Shown: piece by piece, positions 1 through 12,063 of the stretch
Numbering within the stretch: position 1 is the first letter of the stretch
Layout of the letters: each line of letters begins with the position of its first letter
DNA from: Bauldia sp.
GTDB lineage: Bacteria > Pseudomonadota > Alphaproteobacteria > Rhizobiales > Kaistiaceae
NCBI GenBank assembly: GCA_050184415.1
Contig: JBFXAJ010000009.1
Span: forward strand, 7,494-71,493
DNA: 64,000 nt
Reading direction: 5' to 3'
Translations under genes and position numbers: made by a program
Notes under the pieces: generated by a model
The model's database searches: none
Told to the model about the DNA's origin: nothing
Seen by the model: the letters and a program-made list of their open reading frames with translations, nothing else

Positions 1-382
1 GCCGCTCGAACCACGCCAGCTTGTACTTGAACTTCGGTCCGGGCTGCGGATTGCCGTTGGGCAGGTAGATCGAAGTGACGAGGATGCCGCCGACGGCCGC
101 CTCGATGTAGCGCGCCTGCTTGTCCTCGTCGTCGCCCGGAAGGTGTTTTCGGGTCAGGACCGGCTCGGCGCCGCGCGCCAGGATCGCCACGCCGTTCCAG
201 CTCGTCTGGCCGCGCCACACCGCGCCGTAGCCGGCGTTGGCGATCGGGTCGATCGGGAACTCGGCGTCGACCGTCTTCAGCTCCTGGAGCGCGACCACGT
301 CGGGCTTCGCCTCCTCGAGCCAGGACAGAAGGTTCGGCAGCCGGCGGCGGATGTTGTTGATGTTGTAGGTCGCGATCTTCAT
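1..382 (-). CDS. xthA: Exodeoxyribonuclease III, N-terminal part (gene continues beyond window start)
   Basis: Reverse translation from CAT at 380-382 reads MKIATYNINNIRRRLPNLLSWLEEAKPDVVALQE..., a typical ExoIII/AP-endonuclease N-terminus. The frame stays open to the window edge. Confidence 0.85.
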   Translation of the reverse strand, partial: MKIATYNINNIRRRLPNLLSWLEEAKPDVVALQELKTVDAEFPIDPIANAGYGAVWRGQTSWNGVAILARGAEPVLTRKHLPGDDEDKQARYIEAAVGGILVTSIYLPNGNPQPGPKFKYKLAWFER

Positions 383-731
383 CGGCCGGTGCTTTCCCCT
401 CTGTCGGCCAAAAAGATCGGCCCCCCGGAACCGTCGCGCGCGCGGCGCGATGATTGCGGCCCATGTCGCGGAGCATGACGCAGGCGTCAATGCCCGACGC
501 ACCTGCCCGCCGTCTCGGACCCGCGAGCCGTCTGCGGAGTGAGGAAACGCAAGAGCCGTGCCGCGTCAGTTTCGTGCGCCGGCGATGGGTTCCGGTGCCT
601 CGGTCGGGCATGGACGCCACGGTATTCGGTGGCGTCGACATGGGTGCGGGAGCCTGGTCGCGGACCGCAGCAAGGAACGATTCTGACTATTCGGCGTTCC
701 TCATCTGCTTGATAGAGCAGAGAGGTTTGTC

Positions 732-1013
732 ATGGCCGAAGACCGTTCGGGAAGTACTGCCCTTCTCGGGGTGATCATCGGGGTAATCATTGTTGGTGTG
801 GTGCTCTTCTTCGTCTTCGACGGCTTCGGCACCTTCGATCGTGATGGTGATATCGACGTTGACGTGAACACGCCGCCGGTCGTCGTGGATCCGGTTCCGG
901 TACCCGTACCGACCCCTGAACCAGCACCGGCTCCCGCGCCGACGCCGGATCCGGCGCCCGCACCGGCGCCTGCCCCCGAACCGGCGCCCACCCCGGCTCC
1001 CGCGGCGCCGTAG
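732..1013 (+). CDS. Small single-pass membrane protein with Pro/Ala-rich tail (hypothetical)
   Basis: 93-aa ORF with a hydrophobic helix (LLGVIIGVIIVGVVLFFVF), an acidic stretch and a PAPAP/PEPAP low-complexity tail. A purine-rich stretch (agagagg) lies upstream of the ATG. Confidence 0.45.
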   Translation: MAEDRSGSTALLGVIIGVIIVGVVLFFVFDGFGTFDRDGDIDVDVNTPPVVVDPVPVPVPTPEPAPAPAPTPDPAPAPAPAPEPAPTPAPAAP

Positions 1014-1110
1014 CGTCGGGTGACCGACGAACGGCCTTGGGCAGCAGGACCTCGGTGCGTCAGGAAAGCCCTACCGAGCACGACCCACAAGACGCCGCTT
1101 CTCCTGCCCA

Positions 1111-4257
<3,147 letters not shown>

Positions 4258-4754
4258 GGTTCTTGCCGGCGAAAAGCCGCGGTCGCGCGCAACGCGCCGC
4301 GAGGGGTCTCAAGTCGGCGGAGCGATAACGGTTTTCAAGGATGGGCGCCACCTGCAGGGCGCCGCCCGGTACGCGACGATCCAACGATCGGTCACGATCT
4401 GGCCTGGGCCGTCGTGGACCGGATCAGCGACAAGCCGGGCTGTGCTCTGGCTGCTATCGGGGGATAGCTTGCCGCCGTTGGGAGTGTTGTGCCGCGGCAA
4501 CAAGCGCGCCGCATTTCGTGGACGAGGACCGTTGGCCGCTTCTCCAATCATCAGCTCACTACGTTTTCGGCAATATCGGCCAGGCAAATCCTCTGTGTTT
4601 CCTGGACCTTGGCAAGTCGAGCCGCATCGGCTAGCGGGCCTGTTGCCGCGCCGCAACATCATCGGATGAACTTCAATCGGCCGCCTCGCGACCCGAATCT
4701 CGCCGGCTCGGGTATAACAGCCGCAGCTTTAGGCGTTCTCTTGGGGAGTATGAG

Positions 4755-5696
4755 ATGCGGAAGACAACGGGTTTAGTGGCTATTCTCCTTTCAACGGTGG
4801 CTTTCACATCGGCGGCCCTTGCCGCGGACCCGCTTCCGCCGCCGGTCGTGATCGCGCCGACGCCGCCACCCGCCCCGGTGGCTGACCTTGCCGGTTACGT
4901 CGATGCCCATTTTGGGGTCACATGGAACTACTGGGAAGAGTTCTTCGAAGAAACGGTGGAAGCCGACGACCAGTGGCGCGAGAACGCGCTGGGTGGCGCC
5001 GGCCGGGCCGCGTGGACCATCAACCCAAATTTCGCTCTTCAGCTCGACGCCTGGTTCAACCTCTGGCAGGAGAAGTTTGACGATGGCTTCAGCGCCAACG
5101 GGGGCCATGGCGGCGTTGGCACGCATTTGGTGTTTGGGGACGCCGATGGCGTACGGTTCGGCCTTCTGACCTCCGTAGGCCGCAACACGGAAGGCCCGTG
5201 GGAGGCCGGCGAGGGCACTTGGGCAAATCTCGCGGGCGAGGTCGCGGGGACGTTTGGCTCCTTCCGCGTGTCCGCGCAGGGCGGGTACACGTTCGCCGTG
5301 GCCGGTGACGCGCGTCAGGACGGCGAGCGCGCCGTCTACGTGGCCGCGAACGCCACGTTCTACCCGACGGACAATCTGGCCATTACCGGTCACGCCGGGT
5401 GGAGTCGCTGGTACGAAACTGACGGCGAGCTTGACCTGGAGCGCACGCTTACCCTCGGTGCGCGCGCGGAGTTCCAGCTCGGCGCGTCGCCGCTGTCGAT
5501 CTACGCTGGGTACGCCTTTGACAGGGCACGCTGGGTAGACGGCGACGATGAGGGTTGGACCGAACTCCAGCGCTCGCACACGGTTTACGCAGGCGTCCGC
5601 ATGCTCCTCGGCCGCGACACGCTGCGGGCCCTCGACGACGCGGTGCCGTTCGCGGACTACAACCCGATCTACGGCGATCCCTTCGCCCACCGCTAA
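4755..5696 (+). CDS. Secreted beta-rich protein, putative outer-membrane barrel, paralog 1 of 4
   Basis: 313 aa. Signal peptide ending AALA|ADPLPPP, Pro-rich linker, AGYVDAHFG motif, alternating amphipathic segments, and conserved tail LLGRDTLRALDDAVPFADYNPIYGDPFAHR. SD-like ggggag lies upstream of the ATG. Confidence 0.85.
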   Translation: MRKTTGLVAILLSTVAFTSAALAADPLPPPVVIAPTPPPAPVADLAGYVDAHFGVTWNYWEEFFEETVEADDQWRENALGGAGRAAWTINPNFALQLDAWFNLWQEKFDDGFSANGGHGGVGTHLVFGDADGVRFGLLTSVGRNTEGPWEAGEGTWANLAGEVAGTFGSFRVSAQGGYTFAVAGDARQDGERAVYVAANATFYPTDNLAITGHAGWSRWYETDGELDLERTLTLGARAEFQLGASPLSIYAGYAFDRARWVDGDDEGWTELQRSHTVYAGVRMLLGRDTLRALDDAVPFADYNPIYGDPFAHR

Positions 5697-5725
5697 AAGC
5701 GCCACGCCATTTCGAAGTGAACGCA

Positions 5726-5756
5726 AGAGCCGGGCATTGCCCGGCTCTTTTCATTT
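5726..5756 (+). terminator. Rho-independent terminator after paralog 1
   Basis: 8-9 bp GC stem (gagccggg / cccggctc) with loop cattg, followed by ttttcattt. Confidence 0.75.
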
Positions 5757-5994
5757 GCAGGTGTTGTTTGGATGGTGCGCAGGCATCGTTTTAGGCGGTG
5801 ATTAGAGGACCTAACAATTTCGTCGCGCCTTCCGCGGTTGCTCAACAATTAAGTCTGCCCAGTGGATTCGGCCCATACGACGTTGCACGGCGGCAACACT
5901 CCTCAGTCTTCTTGGGGAGAAGCCGCTTAACCAAGACGAGCGCCAATGGATCAGGGTACATTCGATGGGAATACGGCAAGCCAGGGGGTATGAG

Positions 5995-6909
5995 ATGCAG
6001 AGGACAGGGCTCGCGACGTTCATTCTGGGATCGGTGTCGCTAGCGACGGTGGCGCTTGCCGCCGACCCGTTACCGACGCCCGTCATCATCGCCCCAACGC
6101 CGCAACCGACGCCAGTGACCGACCTCGCGGGCTACGTGGATGCCCATTTCGCCCTGGAACGGGGGCGGTATGAGGGCTTCTTCAATGGGGACCCCGACGG
6201 AGAAGGTACGTGGCGCAGGAACGCGATTGGCGGCGCCGGCCGCGGGGCCTGGAGCGTTAGCCCGACCTTTACGCTGCAACTCGATGCCTGGTTCAACCTT
6301 TGGCAGGAAAGGTTCGAAGAGCGTGGCAGCGACAATTCGGGCGAAGGCGGCGTCGGCACGCACTTCGTTTTTGGGGACGCCAGCGGCTTCCGATTTGGGG
6401 CACTGACTTCCGTCGGACGCGAAGAGGCCGGCACCTGGGCCAACGTCGCGGGCGAGCTGGCGACGAGCTTCGGCTCTCTGCGAGTCTCGGCTCAGGGCGG
6501 TGTCGCATTTGCCGTCGCAGGTGATGCGCAGGTCTTTGGCGAGCGCGCCGTCTACGTGGTCGCCAACGCCACCTTCTACCCCGCCGAAAATCTGGCCATC
6601 ACCGGCCATGCCGGATGGCACCGCTGGTATGAGGCGAATGATGACGGCGACGCGACGAGACAATGGACACTCGGGGTCCGAGCCGAATTCCAGCTCGGAT
6701 CGTCGCCGCTGAGCATCTATGGCGGTTACTTCTTCGATCGCGAATATTACGATGACGGCGGAGATGGCTATACGCAGATTGAGAGGATCCACACCTTCTA
6801 CGCCGGCGTCCGCATGCTCCTCGGCCGCGACACGCTCCGGGCCCTCGACGACGCGGTTCCGTTCGCGGACTACAACCCGATCTATGGCGATCCCTTCGCC
6901 CACCGCTAA
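5995..6909 (+). CDS. Secreted beta-rich protein, paralog 2 of 4
   Basis: Start chosen at MQRTGLATF..., by analogy with paralog 1 and the preceding gggggtatgag SD context. Same signal/linker/barrel-like layout and an identical C-terminal tail. Confidence 0.85.
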   Translation: MQRTGLATFILGSVSLATVALAADPLPTPVIIAPTPQPTPVTDLAGYVDAHFALERGRYEGFFNGDPDGEGTWRRNAIGGAGRGAWSVSPTFTLQLDAWFNLWQERFEERGSDNSGEGGVGTHFVFGDASGFRFGALTSVGREEAGTWANVAGELATSFGSLRVSAQGGVAFAVAGDAQVFGERAVYVVANATFYPAENLAITGHAGWHRWYEANDDGDATRQWTLGVRAEFQLGSSPLSIYGGYFFDREYYDDGGDGYTQIERIHTFYAGVRMLLGRDTLRALDDAVPFADYNPIYGDPFAHR

Positions 6910-6931
6910 GGCCTTCAGACACAACACGATG

Positions 6932-6962
6932 GAGCCGGGCAATCGCCCGGCTCTTTTCGTTT
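6932..6962 (+). terminator. Rho-independent terminator after paralog 2
   Basis: 9 bp stem gagccgggc / gcccggctc with loop aatc, followed by ttttcgttt. Confidence 0.75.
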
Positions 6963-7145
6963 GAGCCACTGCGGAGGTCGCTGTTTCGCGACGAGCACAA
7001 GCGCGGCCCGCCCGTTGCTGCGCCGCCACATGAGTGCCAAACACGCGCGAGGTTGTCGATTGATGAAGGTCGAGCGGCCGACTTGAGGCATGATCCGATT
7101 GGCCTCTGTCGTCCCGCCAATCTCAAGAGCCTAGGGGGCAATGAG

Positions 7146-8066
7146 ATGAAGGAATTCAGCCTTGCGAGTGTTCTCCTCAGTTCCGTCGCGTTTGCCTCGG
7201 CCGCCTTTGCAGCGGACCCGTTGCCGCCAGTCGTCGTCGCGCCCGAGGTGGTGCCACCGCCGCCTGTGACGACTGCGGCCGGTTATGTCGACGCCCATTT
7301 CGGCTTCCGGTCCCTCTTCGAGCGGTTCGTCGTCGAGGAAGAGACCGAATTCGAGGGCAACTGGCGCGAGACTGTGCTTGGCGGCGCTGGCCGCGGGGCG
7401 TTCCATCTCAGCCCGACGCTGGTGCTCCAGCTCGACGCATGGGCGAACTTCTTCCAGCGAAGGTTCGACGATGGCGAGACCAACAACTGGGCCACGGGCG
7501 GGGTGGGCACACATTTGGTCTTCCAGACGCCAGGTGGTCTTGGGGCCGGCGCCCTCCTGTCCTACGGACGCGAAGACGGCGCCTGGGTGAACGCGGCGGG
7601 CGAAGTCGCCCAGTCGTTCGGCAATTTCCGCGTGTCCGGGCAGGCCGGCGTTGCCTTTGGCGTGGCTGGCGAAGCGCAACTCGATGGCGAACGCACCTGG
7701 TATGTGACGGCGGCTGGCACGTTCTACGTCAATCCGGATTTCGCGATAACCGGCCATGTCGGCTTCGACCGCTGGTATGAAACCGCTGACGAGGACGAGA
7801 TGAACTATTCCCGGGCCCTGACCTACGGGGCGCGGGTGGAGTTGGGCCTCGGACAGACGCCGCTATCGGTTTACGCTGGCTACATGGCCAGGAGGGAAAC
7901 GGAGTTGTCGTTCGATTTCCCGGATGAGGCTTACCACCTCAGGACGCGTACGGTCTATGTCGGCGTGAGGATGCTCCTCGGACGTGATTCGCTGCAGGAG
8001 ATGGGCGATGCCGTCGGGTTCGCCGACCTGAACCCGATCTACGGCGACCAGTTTGCGCCGCGTTAG
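7146..8066 (+). CDS. Secreted beta-rich protein, paralog 3 of 4
   Basis: Start at MKEFSLASV... after agggggcaatgag. Signal peptide AAFA|ADPLPP. Tail LLGRDSLQEMGDAVGFADLNPIYGDQFAPR. Confidence 0.85.
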   Translation: MKEFSLASVLLSSVAFASAAFAADPLPPVVVAPEVVPPPPVTTAAGYVDAHFGFRSLFERFVVEEETEFEGNWRETVLGGAGRGAFHLSPTLVLQLDAWANFFQRRFDDGETNNWATGGVGTHLVFQTPGGLGAGALLSYGREDGAWVNAAGEVAQSFGNFRVSGQAGVAFGVAGEAQLDGERTWYVTAAGTFYVNPDFAITGHVGFDRWYETADEDEMNYSRALTYGARVELGLGQTPLSVYAGYMARRETELSFDFPDEAYHLRTRTVYVGVRMLLGRDSLQEMGDAVGFADLNPIYGDQFAPR

Positions 8067-8094
8067 GCGTGCTTCCCACGGACGGGCTTGGAAG

Positions 8095-8126
8095 AAGCCG
8101 GGCAACAGCTCGGCTTTTTCCTTTTG
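8095..8126 (+). terminator. Rho-independent terminator after paralog 3
   Basis: Stem aagccgggc / gctcggctt with loop aaca, followed by tttccttttg. Confidence 0.65.
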
Positions 8127-8315
8127 CGGTTCGATGGGCAGAGATGCTGGCCGCAAGCCATCAGCGGTCGTATGCGCACGGGGCCGATGCGTGTGGCCGG
8201 CGCGACACGATCGGCCCGCGCCCGCAGTTCAACGTATCGGTGCCTGAGACGCAGTGGACAAAAGCGTGCATCCTCAATCTGTTTGATCTTTGAATCACCT
8301 GCGGGGGCGGTGTCG

Positions 8316-9230
8316 ATGTTCAAAAGAACGGCGGGGCGCTTTGCGTTTCTTCTCGGACCGGTCGCGTACGCGTCGATGGCACTGGCGGCTGACCCAGTTC
8401 CGGTCGTCGTGGCGCCGGAAGTGATGCCCGCTACCGTTCCGTCGCTCGCCGGCTATGTCGCAGCCCATTTTGGTCGCGACCGCGGAGGGGAAACGCAGTC
8501 GGTGGACGAGGTGATCGACTTCGAGGAGGCATGGATCGATACCGCCATCGGCGGGGCGGGCCGCGCCGCATGGTGGATCACCCCCAGCTTTGCCTTGCAG
8601 CTCGATGCCTGGGCCAATTTGTGGGAGTCGACCTTCGAGGGCGGCACCGACAATTGGGGCGAGGGCGGCTTCGGCGCGCATGTCGTGTACCAGACTGCCG
8701 GTGGGCTCCAGCTCGGCGGCCTCCTCTCGGTCGGTCGGGAGGATGGCACGGCGATCAACGTGGCGGCCGAGGCTGCGCAATCGTTCGGCAATTTCCGTCT
8801 GGCGATCCAGACGGGCTATACGGTTCCCATTGCCGGCGAGGACGCCGAAGAGGGCGAACGTCATGTCTACGTGACGGCCGCCGGCACGTATTTCATAACG
8901 CCGAATTTCGCCATCACAGCACACGCCGCGATCGAGCGCTGGTGGGAAACCAGCGACCCGGGCGACACCCAGCGGGAACGCAATTTCAACTACGGCGTTC
9001 GCGCGGAACTGGGACTCGGCGACACGCCATTTTCGATCTATGTCGGCTTCCAGGGCGAGCACTGGTGGGAGACGGTGGACGAAGCGCCGGTCACCAACAA
9101 TGGCGGGGAACGGACGCTGTTCGCCGGCGTCCGCATGCTGCTAGGCCGCGACAACTTGCGGGATCTGTCTGCAGCGGTGCCTTTCGCGGACTACAATCCG
9201 GTCTTCGGCGACCAGTTCGCGCCGCGGTAG
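8316..9230 (+). CDS. Secreted beta-rich protein, paralog 4 of 4
   Basis: Start at MFKRTAGRFAF.... Signal peptide MALA|ADPVP. Tail LLGRDNLRDLSAAVPFADYNPVFGDQFAPR. The longer tracked ORF (from 8088) is an upstream extension with no homology to the other paralogs. Confidence 0.8.
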   Translation: MFKRTAGRFAFLLGPVAYASMALAADPVPVVVAPEVMPATVPSLAGYVAAHFGRDRGGETQSVDEVIDFEEAWIDTAIGGAGRAAWWITPSFALQLDAWANLWESTFEGGTDNWGEGGFGAHVVYQTAGGLQLGGLLSVGREDGTAINVAAEAAQSFGNFRLAIQTGYTVPIAGEDAEEGERHVYVTAAGTYFITPNFAITAHAAIERWWETSDPGDTQRERNFNYGVRAELGLGDTPFSIYVGFQGEHWWETVDEAPVTNNGGERTLFAGVRMLLGRDNLRDLSAAVPFADYNPVFGDQFAPR

Positions 9231-9361
9231 ATCGAAGACCACCTCGAGAACGAGCAGGGCCTCGCGCCCGGCTTTTCCTTCGCGGAACGGCTTGTCTTGC
9301 TCCGGCCGGGGGTTACGGGCCAACGCCGGAGCGCATGCGGCCGCGCCGTTCGGGGGGAGAG

Positions 9362-10330
9362 ATGCGGAAGCTGACCGTCGGCCTTGCCGTCATCCTGGGT
9401 CTCATTCTCGTCCTTGCCGCCGGCGGCGCCATTTTTCAGTCCGTGGCCTCCGCCAGCGACCGCGATCGCTTCCCGCCGCCGGGCATGCTTGTCGATGTCG
9501 GCAGCCATTCGCTCCACATCCATTGTTTCGGCGCGGGCACGCCGACCGTCATTCTCGACCATGCCGGCGGCAGCAACTCGGCGCAGTGGGCCCTGGTCAT
9601 GCCCGAAGTCGCGGCCACGACCCGTGTGTGCGCCTATGACCGTGCCGGGTTCGGCTGGAGCGAACCAGGCGAGGCGCCGTTCGATGCCAGCCGCGCCGCC
9701 GACGAACTGGGGTCGCTGCTCGCCAATGCCAGGGAGGCCGGGCCCTATGTGATGGTGGGCCACTCTTATGGCGGGTTCGTCTCGCGGCTTTTCGCCGACC
9801 GCCATCTCGAGGACGTGTTGGGCCTCGTCCTGGTCGATCCGGGCCGGCCGCTGGGGCACCCACTCACGCCATCCGAGATCGACGCGGCGTGGCGGACCGA
9901 GGACGACATGATCTTCATGCTCGCCCCGTTCGCATCGCGCCTAGGGATGATGCGCCTAGCCGGCGCCGCGGCGACGGAGTTGCCATCGTCGGCGGCGGAT
10001 GCATTCTCCGCCATGAACCAGACCGTCGCGTTCTGGGACACCGTCGCGATGGTGCACGATGCGATGGGCGAGACCTCGGCGCTCATCGTAGCCCTCGGGG
10101 CGCCGGTACAGCCCGTCATCGTGCTGAGCGCGGGTGTTCCCGACGAGGAGCCACGGCGGGTTTGGACGCGGCTCAATGCTTCACTGGCGAGCGGCGGCGG
10201 CGGAGAACACCGGGTGATCGAGGGCGTCGGCCACATGGACCTCGTCCTCACCAGGGCGGGCGCCGCGCAGGTCACCGACGCGATCGTCGACATGGTGGCG
10301 CAGGTCCGCGGCCGCGCCGGCGGGGGCTAG
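9362..10330 (+). CDS. Alpha/beta-fold hydrolase with N-terminal membrane anchor
   Basis: Starts MRKLTVGLAVILGLILVLAAGG (TM). HG-type oxyanion region (ILDHAGG) and nucleophile elbow GHSYGG. The tracked 599-aa ORF is an artefactual upstream extension across paralog 4. Confidence 0.8.
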   Translation: MRKLTVGLAVILGLILVLAAGGAIFQSVASASDRDRFPPPGMLVDVGSHSLHIHCFGAGTPTVILDHAGGSNSAQWALVMPEVAATTRVCAYDRAGFGWSEPGEAPFDASRAADELGSLLANAREAGPYVMVGHSYGGFVSRLFADRHLEDVLGLVLVDPGRPLGHPLTPSEIDAAWRTEDDMIFMLAPFASRLGMMRLAGAAATELPSSAADAFSAMNQTVAFWDTVAMVHDAMGETSALIVALGAPVQPVIVLSAGVPDEEPRRVWTRLNASLASGGGGEHRVIEGVGHMDLVLTRAGAAQVTDAIVDMVAQVRGRAGGG

Positions 10331-10704
10331 CCCGGCTGCCCCGGTTTCGTCGGATCGCCGTCGTCCTTGTTGATCTCGATCGCGCGCTCGATCAGCGCCG
10401 AGATCTCGGCGATGTCGATGTCGGCCGGATCGGCGAGCTTGATATGCGCCATCTTCTGGCCCCCGGATTCGAGGCGTGGGCTGAGGGAAGTCAGGTCCTG
10501 GCCGCGCCAGAAGCCGAAGGTGACGTGGTTCTTGTGTGCCTTGAAGTAGCACACTGGCCCGCCAAGCTCGTAGACCGGCTGGCCCCACTTGATGGATTCG
10601 CGAAGCCCTGGAGCCGTCTTGCGGATGAGGTCGCGGAGGGCGATCGCCGTGGCGGCGGGCGTTCCGCTGAGGCCTGCGAGGTAGTCGTCGACCGAGATCG
10701 GCAT
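10327..10704 (-). CDS. DUF1801 (YdhG-like) domain protein
   Basis: 125 aa with the pattern ...IKWGQPVYELGGPVCYFKAHKNHVTFGFWRG..., typical of the YdhG/DUF1801 family. Its end overlaps the convergent hydrolase gene by 4 nt. Confidence 0.7.
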   Translation of the reverse strand: MPISVDDYLAGLSGTPAATAIALRDLIRKTAPGLRESIKWGQPVYELGGPVCYFKAHKNHVTFGFWRGQDLTSLSPRLESGGQKMAHIKLADPADIDIAEISALIERAIEINKDDGDPTKPGQPG

Positions 10705-10761
10705 TTCGACCTCCTGTGGGGCCTGGCACCTTACCCCCGAACGTGCGGTGGGACGAGCAGG

Positions 10762-12003
10762 CTACAGCGCCGCGACCCCCGCGCCGGCCGCGGCACAGGC
10801 CGCGACTACCAGCCATGGCGGCATCCTGAGCAGCATCAGCGCGGCGAGGGCGGCGAGCGCGAGGACGGCGTCGAGGGGCCGGTGGATGCCGCTCACGATC
10901 ACCGGATCCCAGAGCGCCGCGAGAAGGAGCCCGACCACCGCGGCATTGACGCCGGCCAGGACACGCCGGACCTGTGGTTTCCGGCGCAGTCCGTCCCAGA
11001 ACGGAAAGACGCCGACGACGAGGAGGAACGACGGCAGGAACAGCATCGTGAGGACGAGGACCGCGCCGGCGCCGCCGCCGGGGCCGAACTCCATTGCAGC
11101 GCCGAGATAGGCGCCGAAGCTGAACAGTGGTCCCGGCACCGCCTGCGCGATGCCGTATCCCGCGAGGAAAGCGTTCTCGGAAACCCAACCCGGAACGACC
11201 ATCGCGCTCTCGAGGAGCGGCAGCACGACGTGCCCGCCGCCGAACACCAGGGCGCCCGCGCGGTAGCTGGCGTCGGCGATCATCACTTCCGGGGTCCGGA
11301 AGATCGTTGCCGCGAGCGCCGGCAGCGCGACCAGCAGCACACCGAACAAGGCGAGCGCGCCGATCGCGACCGGTTTTGGCATCTCCTTCGGCAGCCGGAA
11401 CGAATCGGAGGCGTCGGCCGCGTCCGGCTTGAGGAAGAAGCCGCCGATCGCGCCGGCCAGGATGGCCGCGATCTGCCCCGCGGCGGCGGGCCAGGCGATG
11501 GCGATGGCCGCGCCGGCGACGAGGATGGCGATGCGCGGGATGTCCGAGGCGTGGCTTCGCGTCATGCCGATCACGGCCTGCGCCACGACCGCGACCGCGG
11601 CGATCTTCAGGCCGGCGAGCCAGCCGGGCTCGTCGCCACCGATCGCGAGCACGCCATAGGCAGCGGCGATCATCAGGATCGCCGAAGGCAGGGTGAACCC
11701 GGCCCAGGCCGCCAGCGCGCCCGGAATCCCGGCCTTGAGGAGGCCGATCCCCATGCCGACCTGGCTGGAGGCCGGGCCAGGCAGGAACTGGCAGAGGGCG
11801 ACGAGGTCGGCATAGGCGCGTTCGCCGATCCACCGCCGCCGCGCGACGAAGGCGTCGCGGAAGAAGCCGATATGAGCGACCGGCCCGCCGAAGCTGGTCA
11901 GGCCGAGGCGAAGGAACGCAACAAACACGGTGAACGCGCCGACGGGCGGCGTTGCGGCGCTGTCCGCGTCAGCAGCCTTCAGCGTTCCCTCTCTCATCCG
12001 CAC
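10762..12003 (-). CDS. chrA: Chromate transporter (CHR family)
   Basis: 413 aa, polytopic. Conserved FLRLGLTSFGGPVAHIGFFRD...LCQFLPGPASSQ motif of ChrA. Confidence 0.85.
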   Translation of the reverse strand: MRMREGTLKAADADSAATPPVGAFTVFVAFLRLGLTSFGGPVAHIGFFRDAFVARRRWIGERAYADLVALCQFLPGPASSQVGMGIGLLKAGIPGALAAWAGFTLPSAILMIAAAYGVLAIGGDEPGWLAGLKIAAVAVVAQAVIGMTRSHASDIPRIAILVAGAAIAIAWPAAAGQIAAILAGAIGGFFLKPDAADASDSFRLPKEMPKPVAIGALALFGVLLVALPALAATIFRTPEVMIADASYRAGALVFGGGHVVLPLLESAMVVPGWVSENAFLAGYGIAQAVPGPLFSFGAYLGAAMEFGPGGGAGAVLVLTMLFLPSFLLVVGVFPFWDGLRRKPQVRRVLAGVNAAVVGLLLAALWDPVIVSGIHRPLDAVLALAALAALMLLRMPPWLVVAACAAAGAGVAAL

Positions 12004-12063
12004 GTCATCCGGTTGAGAGAGCCCGCTAGCAGATCAGGCAGAGCCGCGGAAGCTGCGGCGGGA

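Noticed and set aside
8531-9361. N-terminal 277 codons of the tracked 599-aa hydrolase ORF
   Set aside because: This part overlaps paralog 4 in another frame and is Arg/Gly-rich. A proper start (MRKLTVG..., a TM helix) exists at 9362.
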